Shown here: positions 1 to 10,100 of the stretch, piece by piece
Position numbering within the stretch: the stretch's first letter is position 1
Layout of the letters: the number at the start of each line of letters is the position of its first letter
Assembly: GCA_041585205.1 (NCBI GenBank)
Contig: JBFHCO010000001.1
Location: 1-44,045, forward strand
Origin: Candidatus Omnitrophota bacterium
Lineage (GTDB): Bacteria > Omnitrophota > Omnitrophia > Omnitrophales > Aquincolibacteriaceae
Reading direction: 5' to 3'
Length of the DNA: 44,045 nucleotides
Notes under the pieces: model-generated
The model's database searches: none
Told to the model about the DNA's origin: nothing
What the model saw: only the letters and a program-made list of their open reading frames with translations
Translations under genes and position numbers: made by a program

Positions 1-968
1 CCGTCCACATCCGTTTTATGTATGTTGACGGACGGCGGGCCCAAATAAAATAAAATACCGCGGTCCATCAGTTGACGTTCCGCCATGAACGGAAAATTCA
101 CGATATCCGTCGGAAATTCCGCAAAATCCTCGAGGGGTTCCGGTATGTAGGGAACCACGGGCCATGTCGTGCTTTCCAGCCGGTTGTCACGCTGGGTTTT
201 GAAATGGACTTTCACATAATCGTGAAAGGGATATTCGCGGACATAATCAAATAAATTCTTAACCGCAGCATCATCCGAACTTAAATCAAAACTAAAATAA
301 ATCCGGAACTCTATAATGCGTTTCATATCCTGAAATATTTGGCTTTTCGAATTGGTCACATCTTCAAGTTTAAGCTTGTCTAGTTCCGGTTGAACAATCT
401 CGTGTATCCTGGTGAGCTTTTTTTTGTCACTTTCCACCGCGCCGTCTTTACCCCGGGAATACTTGATCAAAGACTGAATTTCAAAATAACCTTTGGCATT
501 GTTTTTATAGACAGCCCATAAAGCCGGTATCCATTTCATTTGCTCTTCGCGGGAAACGATGTTCTCCGCCCGGGAAAATTCAACGGCCAATATGAGGGTT
601 TGTAAAGCAACGACCGCGTCTTCATTGGATAACTTATCGCCGATATCCATCTCATTGGCCTTGATCATATTAATGTAATTGTTGATCAGCACCTGATGAA
701 TCAAACCCTCCTTGGACCGGACCAATGCCCTTAAAACGGGAGAGCGAATCTGTTCATACGTGAACGCGACGGAGTTATCGTGGGCTTGCAATGCGGTCCT
801 TAATTCTGAACGGAATCCTGAATTTTCGGTGGCGGGTTGGCGAAAAGCCGAAAGCGGAGTCGCCGGAAGGCATAATCCTACGACGATGATCAACGCGACG
901 AGTTTTAAAAAGTAATGACTGTTCGAGGTGGAACGCGACTTTTCAGAAGTCTTAAGGTAACTCGCCAC
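1..968 (-). CDS. Partial CDS (first ~322 codons; C-terminus lies beyond the window start): hypothetical exported protein
   Basis: The minus-strand frame is open from the window edge to a GTG at 966-968. An in-frame TGA lies at 987-989 and an AG-rich stretch precedes the GTG. The ORF is missing from the supplied track because it has no stop inside the window. The N-terminus (SHYFLKLVALIIVVGLCLPATPLSAF) looks like a signal peptide, and an RSELR pentapeptide sits at 798-812. The + ORFs 72..254 and 712..915 are antisense shadows. Confidence 0.6.
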   Translation of the reverse strand, partial: MASYLKTSEKSRSTSNSHYFLKLVALIIVVGLCLPATPLSAFRQPATENSGFRSELRTALQAHDNSVAFTYEQIRSPVLRALVRSKEGLIHQVLINNYINMIKANEMDIGDKLSNEDAVVALQTLILAVEFSRAENIVSREEQMKWIPALWAVYKNNAKGYFEIQSLIKYSRGKDGAVESDKKKLTRIHEIVQPELDKLKLEDVTNSKSQIFQDMKRIIEFRIYFSFDLSSDDAAVKNLFDYVREYPFHDYVKVHFKTQRDNRLESTTWPVVPYIPEPLEDFAEFPTDIVNFPFMAERQLMDRGILFYLGPPSVNIHKTDVD

Positions 969-1182
969 AATACTTACCCTAGCCTTTCATGGAATTTTTA
1001 TGCAACGATTCTTCTGCTGTGAATCACGATGTGCCAGAGGGTAGGAAAAGATAACACGCTAATTTCGAAAAAGCAAGTTTCGGGGGCGGTATTTTCGACT
1101 TAACTATCTTAACTATATGCACTTAAAGGAACTTAGGAAGTGCTTCTAAATGTTATAAATTGCTAGGTAATATGCGGACATC

Positions 1183-4100
1183 TTACGCCGCTCTCTCCAC
1201 CGCCAGCTGAGCAGCCTGGGTATCAAGGAGAGAATTGACATAACGGAGCATGAAGGAAATGGATTCTGCAATAGCTTCCGGGAACGGAAGCTGACTGTCT
1301 GTACGGGTTTTGCTTTTAAAGGCATCGACTGTGACCAGGAGTTTTAAGGCATTCACTTGATCGGCAAAGCGTATGCCGGGGATACGGCCAAAGGAACGGG
1401 CGACCCCTTCCCGGAGCATGACGCCATATTCTTTCATTTGGGTGTCGCTTTGGAATTCAAAAGGCGAACCGATTTCAGCGACAATCAAAGGCGTTTTCCC
1501 CATGCCGTTTCGAACGAGGCGCCTTTCTTCGATGGGTTTATTGACATCATTCCAGCCGGAATCAAGCAGCATGGGATTTTCCCTTAAGAATTGAGTCGGC
1601 TCATAATCGGATTGATTTCTCCCCAAAAAGAAGGCCAAGGCCGCGCGGTCGAAGTTTCGGGAGAGGAATTCCCCCGCCGCTTGACGGGCCTCGGTTTGGC
1701 CGGCATCGGGGAGAAGGATTTCAGGGATTAAAAGTGTTCTGATTTCAGGGATGGTGCCCGGGAATAAGGGCACTCCGTGCTTTTCTATATGGGCCTCATT
1801 TAAGGCCTTCCAGTTCCCCAGAAGGGCGCTCACCCCTTGGATATCGATGCCGGTGGTGTCGATAGTCGTAACGGTCGGCTCGGCCACGAAGAAATCAACG
1901 AGTCGTGGCGCGACCGTCGCGCGAACTTTATCCAGCATCACAAACCCGCGCGTACCCATGGCAAGCATTTGTGCAAGTTGAGGTGAAAACAATTTCGCTA
2001 AAATGGAGTTGATAGTCGTCTCCTCTTCCAAAGCTTGATTGACGCGTACGGTTTGTCCCTGCAGATAGTCTTCAACTCTTCGCAATTCGGAGCGCGCCTG
2101 ATCGCCGAGCCTGCGATTCAAAGCTTCCGGACTCTCGCGCAATGAGGCGCTGATCATGCTCTCACGCGTTTCTCCCGATAAGCTGACCAAAGGAGTTCTG
2201 AGCATCGCATCCATTGCACCCGGCCGCATTTCAGAACGCTTCGTTTGACCTGTTTCCGTATCCACTTCGGCACGGTCAGGTGATTCTGTTGCGGTATCGC
2301 GCATTTCCCCCGGATCCCCCGGCGCTGTTTCCCTCGTAAACTGCCGTTCTGTGATCGGACCCATCGCGGGCCGATTACTTCTCTCAACAAGCTGTCTGAC
2401 CGCTTCTTTCGATGCCTCCCCCCGTCTTGACTGAACGATTTGAAGCCCCTCGTCGTCATCGTAAACAAACTCGATATCCCGCATGTCCATGTAATACTTT
2501 TCGATTTTTATGGCGTTTTCAATCAAGCTGTAAAATTCGATCAAATCATCAAAAGCCCATTCGCTTTGCCCCTGGCGCACCTTGACCTCGATTTCCCCCG
2601 TTTCTTTGTCGTAAATGATACGATCTGTGTCAGCGATACCGCTCACCACATCTTCACCGGGCGTGCGCGCGATATTAATAATAATCCTATTCTGATTAAG
2701 CGTATTGGGATCATTGGTCATCACGACTCCGCTTTTCTTTGATTTGATCATTTTCTGAACCACCACGGCATGATTTAATTGCTTCAAATTCAGACCATTA
2801 TTCAGACGGTACCAGATGGAATTCGGGTGATACAAAGCGGCAAAATTCAGAATAATCGCTTGCATTAAATTGCCGGATGGCACATCCGGGGTCGTAAGAT
2901 TCGCGCCGGCAAAGGGTTTGTCTGAATCCTCATCCACGGCGGAGGAGCGGACGATCACGCGTTCCGCTCCCAACTTCTCAAATTCGTCTTGAACTCCATT
3001 TTCAATCTGCGGCGGGATTTCCGTATCTAATATATCCGCGCGAATGGATTCCAGGATTCCGGCTATTTCCTTTTCAAGGGCCGGTGTTAACCGCCTGCCC
3101 GCTTCGTTGAATTTTCTTTGAATCTCATCCATGCGCCGGTCAATGGCATCTCTTAAAGCAGGGTCTAAAAGCTCTTGAAAAACATTGGTTGTCACAATGA
3201 ACCCTTGGGGAACGGGCAATCCTAAAGCGGACATCACGGCTAAATTGGCCCCTTTTCCTCCCATGGTTTGGACCAAAGCAGCCATATCAACGGCTTCCGA
3301 ATCCAGGCCTGTTTCATCCAATCGGACAAAATCGCGATCACTCAAATCGACACCGGCGGCCCGTGACGCCTGCTGCCGGACATTCCAAGCGGATTCCGCC
3401 TGCGCCTCGCGCTTCATCCAAACTTCAAGCGTTGCGTCATCAATTTGACCCGAGGGGCCTTCCGTGCCCTCCGGCTGAATGGGAAGAGCGCCTTCAGGAC
3501 CTTCCTCACCGTGAATAATCAAGCGCCCCGTTGCGCCGTCAACGGTAACTTGAGCCCCTTCCGCTAATTCGATGTCGGTCGTTTGAACCTGATAAGTTTC
3601 AACCCCGTCAACTACTTGTCGCGAACCATCAACCGCCTGGAGGCTTCTTAGATGCAATTTACCTTTCAGCCAAAAGACGTCACGCAAAATGATATGCGGA
3701 ATGCCGGCACCCCGTGCCGTCAACGCGGCATGACTTTGTTCAGCGCCTTGGGTCGTCACCATACCGATTTCCATGCCGAAAATCGGATTATCATCCGGAG
3801 TCGTGTAGGGAGCCAAATAGATATCACCGTCTTTCAAATTCTGCTTGTTATAGACAAGGCGGCCCGTTTTAACACCCGGGCTTGAAGCTAATCCCTTAAA
3901 AATTGCCTGCTCTTTCGGTAAAACACGTTCGACATCCGTTTGATTCAATACCGCTTGGGCCATACGCTGTTTGCCGGCAATTTGCACCGCATTGGCGGTG
4001 ACCGGAAAAGAACTGCCTAAACGTTCCATCACATTTTTAAGTTTAATATCTGATATCTCGAAAGCACCGGGCCTTCTTACCGTTTGTTCTGTTTGCGCAT

Positions 4101-7100
4101 ATATGATTTGACCGGAAGCAATGTCTCGAAGGACATGAACCGAAATCGTTTCACCGTTTTTATCTTTCACCAATGCGCGTTGATAAAATGCGGCGCCCAC
4201 CGTGCTGACCGTTTCAAAATTCAGAATGGATTGGATGGCATTAAGATAGGCGGCTGATTCAATTCCGTTTTTCAGCTCCTCCGAATCGCCCGGAAGATTC
4301 CGCAAACTGTTTACCATGGATAAAGCGGGATTATAATTTTCATTCTTTTCAAGAGTTCCCTTCCCGTCTTTCATGACAATGCGTATTTGTCCCCGTAAGA
4401 GCGCATTCTGGATGGCGTCATTGACGTAACGATCTATTTCTCTTTGGCCCAGCTTGCTTCCCGCAGGGATCGGATCCAGTCCCAAATCCGAAAGCATTTC
4501 GGAGACGGCCGAAGGCAGTTCACCTCGCACAAGCGCTTCGCGCTGCGCTTTGTAACTTTTAAGAGCTGATTCTGACATACGGTCGATGTTACGGCGCAGC
4601 GCCTGCAATTCATGCGACCTTAAATTCCCCAGTTTCCCGGGTCCGCTTTTCAATTCGTTATACCATATGTGCGCCCACCAGGGGACATAGCCGCCATCCT
4701 GCTCTAATGCCGCAATATAATCATCGCCGAAATTTGTGTTATCGTCCGAATTGGCAATGGCGTAATCTATATCCTTGGCCGTGAAAACTACCCACATCAT
4801 ATCTTGCAGCAATTCTGCAATGTAATTGGCCCGGTTATATCCGGGGCGAAGCGTTCCCGCATCCTTATTGAAATTGGCCCGCAAGGTTTGTTGAATTTTT
4901 GTACTGCTGGTTTCAACGGCAAAGCCCATTTGTTCAAAAGCTTTTTGAATCAGGTTGAAGCGCAATTCGTTCACATCCGTATAATTCAAATAAATCGCTC
5001 CGCCTTCATCCAAGGGCCGATCGTCAATATGAACGGTTGCGGAATGCCCCCCTAAACTTAAATCACCGATGACGTAGCCTTCATCATTGACAAAAAAGGT
5101 GTATTTCGCGTGTCCTTTTAAAACGGATTTGGGCACGCGTCTAAAAGTTGACGCTATTAAATTGGCGGCCGGATGATCCGTAATGGCCATGGTTCCATCC
5201 AGATCAATGATTTCAACGACACCCTTGCCTTCCTCGGCATCGCCGACATCCATGATAAGATCCGCGATTTGGGGAGCCTTAACGATGCCCAGCTGCGCCT
5301 TGATGCTGCTGACTTCGAATTTTTCTATCGATTTGTGTACCGCATCCAATGCTTTTTGATGAACCAGGTTAATGAAGCCATTCAAGGTCCCCATGCGGTA
5401 AATCCTTCCGATTGATTTTACTTCTTGAAGTATCGGCCTGACCAATTTCATTTCCCTGCTATAGGCCTCCATGTTAACTGCCATATCGGCAAAGCGACGC
5501 GTTTCGCGGGCGTCGCTGATGAATCGCTCGAAAGCGGATCCGTCATCATATTCGGGTGTGTACGTCAGCTCGGAGACAATGGATTGGTAACGAGCGACCA
5601 TACTGTCAATTAAATCCATAATGGCTTCCAACTCGGCCGATCTGTTAGGATGAGCCGGCAGCGAGCCGAGCCGCATTAAGATCCGATTATTGATCTCAAC
5701 CAGCTCGAAAAATTGGTTTACTTTTACTTTGATCTGACCTTTAACGCCGGGATCAGCATTTGTCTTGGGCATGCCATAAATCAACATCGTCTTGAATTCC
5801 GGATTCACTGACGTGATTTGAATATTTTCCGGCAAAAAGGATTCTAAAGCGCCGGCGGCATGCTCTGTCACACGCAGGCCCAGCTGAGAGATATCCGTTT
5901 CGCTCTCATGAACGGAAGGATCCGCTAAACTCATATTCGTCAAGTTCTGATCCGATAGATAAATGAAACGTACAGCGCTCAAGGAGTTAAAGGGACGGAT
6001 GGCGCTTTGGTATTCTGATTCTCCCAAAATGGTCCGTGCGCGTCTTAGATTTTTGATCAGATTCAAAGCAGCTTCTTTCGATACAAAAAGCGAATCCTGA
6101 AATCCGTTTAGCGGCCAATCGCGGAAATTGGAAGGTAGAAGCGATTCAAGTTCCGCCACGGTTTCTTCTCCGAGTTGATCCACGAGTCCTTCACGGGCTT
6201 TCCCGTTCGGGCCGATGCGCTGCCGGATTTGCAGCATTAAATCACTGGCAGCATCCTGCTTGAGCCCCATCAGTTGCGCCATGCGGGCCGGCGGTAAGCT
6301 CACAGCGCCCTCATCATCGTCCGCTTCCTCAAGCGGGATAGAAGGCAAATCTTCGCTTCGAGGGGAGCCGATCACGAATCCAAGATCCGGGTCGAATTCT
6401 ACGTCTCCATCTTGCTGCGATCTGATCTCCGACCGCGCGGTTCGGCGGGTTGAAATCTCTTTGGCCGTATCGGCAACCTCTTCCGGCTTCGCGGGATAAG
6501 TTTGCGGTCTTACGGTTGTCGGTAATGGCGCCTCTTTTTCGAGAGCTTGGCTGATTTCGCGCAACTCCTCATCGGTCATCACGCCTTCTTGCACACGCCG
6601 GGATTGAGACAATATGAGTTGAAGCTTCTGAACATCCTGGATTATTTCCGTCATCACCTCACGGATGTAATTGCCGTCCGGATCGGCGGGGGCGAATCGT
6701 CTGGCAGGATTCCGTTTGCCGTTTATTGCGAATTGTTCGATTTCAGTTTCTATATCGATGATTTTTTGAGACAAAGCCCTCACGGAAGACTCGAGCGCGG
6801 GCGGCAATTCGTCCAGCCCCATTTCACGCTGCATGCTTTCCGCCATGCGGGTGGCATTCACGGCATAAGCCTGATGCGCAAGCAAATCCATGCGGCTACC
6901 CTCGTCGCGTTTTCTTAAACCCGTGAGGAATTGATCGAGCGGAAAAACTTCATTGGGCATCCGCTTATGCTGATAATAGTGAAATTTCTGAACATCCCCC
7001 TTTTCATCAAGGAGGATGCTGCCGTCCGGAGCTTTGCGGTCGACGGATACGAATTCAAAGTCATCGGCGGCAATCGACATGTGCTGGCCGTTCGGCCTGA

Positions 7101-10100
7101 ACCGCTGTAACAGCAAGTGATGTGACGGTTTGATCATTCTGCCGGGAATATTCGGATCCGGCTCGGCCCGGTGGTACAATAATTCTTTCAGCATTCCCAT
7201 CATGGCGGTCAAATCCAAAATGCCCCACAGATTATGCGGACTGAGGGATCCCGCCCGCAACTGCTCGAGCAATTTCAGAAGCTGATTGCGGTCCGGAATA
7301 TGACGGCGTGATACGATCGCACTATTGATTTGCCTGATGGTTTCTCCGACATCGGATGAGATTTCCTGATCCGCATCATGATCGATGGAGCCGAGCCGTT
7401 GCGTATTTAAATCGAAAACAAAATTCTCCGCCTTGCGGTCCTGGACGTTAATTCCGACTGCGTTTGCGTCATGTACGAATTGAAGCGCCTGCGATACCGC
7501 ACTGAATGTTGAATTCCAATCAAGCTTGCCTTCGTCATGGAGGCGGCTTAAATCCTCTCCTTCCAATCCTTCAAAAAGCATCGCCGGTCTCGACATTTGC
7601 CGGCCGTCTTCCAAGGTGTAGTTGATGACAGTTAAGCCGATTGGTCTTTGGACGGGAAATGAACGGTCGGCCTGACCGGTTACGCTTTGAAGAATCCGTT
7701 CGGACACCTGATAGCGCATCAAGCTTTGTTCCATTGCCTCAATTTGTGAACTGGCTCCCAATAAAGGTACCGGACGTGCCTGTCCGTCACGCACGATGCG
7801 GTCTTCGGTGCGCGCAATTCTTAAGAATCGGTTTGTACCGCGCTGTCTGTAAACATCCGCATAACCGCCGCTAGTGACGTATTCCAATTCCACCGGAGTC
7901 GGTTGGCCGGGATAAGTCACGGCTATGATTAAGTCATCGATTAAACGTGAATTGTCCTTGGGATGCGGCCTGAAACCCGCATAATTAACCTGAGATGTAA
8001 CGGTCGCCTGACCTGACGCGATTTGAAATTGCCCGTCTTGCACCCCGAATTGAACCGGTGTCAAATCCAGCACATTGCTGGCATCATCCTCCGTGACAGG
8101 AAGTGCAATCGATTCATCCGCATCGACCCGAAGCTCAGAGCGCGTCAATGCGCTGCCCAATACAAATCCCTGATCCTCCTGAATTTCCTGCGCCTCGGTG
8201 AACTCAGCGGTGTCTTGCCTCTTTATATCCGAGCGGGCTGCGGACTGAGATATTGCGCTTTCGATTTGAGAACGGGTCTCGGCACGAGTTTGAGGTTGAG
8301 TCGCCAACGGGCCCGTGGTCACGCGGATGTCACCGATATCAACGGTTCGGACAGGTAATGCTCTCACATCCTGTTCGGGAGATTGCGTCTGAACGGCTTG
8401 ATAGGCTGCTGACAAACCCGCGACAGCGGTACCGGCATCCACACCCGCACGCTGAAGACCTGTGACAAGCGTCTGCGCGGCCGTGTCGACTCCGGGACGT
8501 GCAAGTTCGGCGCCAAATTGGCGCTCCAGCTGCGCGGCTTGCCGCTCGGTTTGAACCATCCGCTCCGCCGTGCGTATCATTTCAGGCGTCACAATCGCGG
8601 GCCTTGCTGCCGGTACAAGCTCCGCGGCCCGTCCGAGAACGGGAGCAAACCCTTCACGCGGAGGAATGATCGTGGCAAGGTCAGCAATAGCCCGTGTCTC
8701 GGCGCGCGATATGCCCGTCCGTATCGTTTGCAGGAATGTATTTGATTGGGGCGCTCCGGGATTAAGTACAACAACACCTGTCGTTTCAACCGCAGCCGGG
8801 CTCACGGCACCGGCCTGATCGATCAAGACAGAGACGTTCTCGGCGGTCAATGCTTTCCGCTCCGTTAAAAATTGAAGTCCTTCCGTAAAGGCATTAAGCT
8901 GAACCTGAAAATGATTCCATAAGTCGGAGAGAGTTTTTTCCCGGAAGGCGTCCAATTCCTCCCGGATAATGGACAGGATGTCCTCCCTTGAAGCAGAGGC
9001 TGGACCTTCCCCGCCGAAGCGGTCGCGATAAACCTTAAAAAGCAAATCTATGTACTGCGTGTACTCTTTGGCTTCCGCGATGCGGCCTTCCTCATTCAGC
9101 TTACGTATGACATTGTCGCGCCACAGCTTCAACGCCTTGCGGAAGTCAGGCTGATTGAGCTCCGCCACCAGCTTGGCCGTCGAATGCTTTGCGAAGGCGT
9201 CATAAAAACTCACATCCAAATCACGCTTGTAGGAAAGCCGGCCGTGCATGAGCTCCGGATAAAACTCATGACCTGCAAGTGAACCGATATTAGGCATGAT
9301 GACAAGATACGATACGCCTTCCGCATCGAGATTTTTTTCGAACCCTTGCGTATGAAAACCACCCGCGACCACAATGGCCGCTTTGGCTTTTTGCTGTTTG
9401 AGTGTCTCCATTAAATTCCGCTTGAAGGCTTCGTCGCGTTCAAGTGCCAAGCGGTAAAATTCCAGGGCGGATTGAAGGTGAGCCCGGGAATCTTTTAACA
9501 GATCCAAGAAGCCGTCCGGATCGTCCCGGAATTCATCAAGCTGCGCCCGCGTCACTTCCAAATTAGCCAAGTCCCCCAAAAGTCTGAGCCGTCTGTAGCG
9601 TTCGATCAACTCACGCTCTTCGGGCTTTTGCACCAGATCATTTTCGATATCCCGGAAAAGGGCTTCCAATTCGTCAAAGAGCTTGGTGCCTTTAATGCTG
9701 GCCAGTGTCTCGCTATGGCCGATCAGCCGCATCATGGCCGGCGTGAGGCGGGGCTTCAGTCCCATTTTGCGCCCGATTTCCAGCATGTATTTCAGGAACT
9801 GGCCCGGCTCCATGCCCCCGGTCACATAGGTTTGATAATTCCGGTGAAACTGCATTTCGTCTTTGATGTTCATTTTTTTCAAAAAGCGGGACTTGAATGT
9901 GGCGGCCATCTCGCGCACCTGCCCGTCCACATTCTCCTGCTGCTCGGCGGCGGATTTTTCGAATTCAAAGGAATCGTAAAGTCTGCTCAGTTGCGGGTAT
10001 TGTTTGATTTTTTCCGAGGCGCCCTCGAGGTCTCCCAGGTATTTGAGAAGCTGTAAAAGGTAAGCGTTTTCGGCCTCGAACGCTTCACGGTGGGCGTGAA

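Noticed and set aside
969-1182. Terminator for the 3,178-aa ORF in the 969-1182 spacer (for example hairpin gcactt...aagtgc around 1129-1153, or tcgaaaa...ttttcga around 1065-1101)
   Set aside because: The stems are short and AT-rich, with large loops and no U-tract, so an intrinsic terminator cannot be supported. The region probably also holds the promoter of the partial downstream gene, but no convincing -35/-10 pair stood out.
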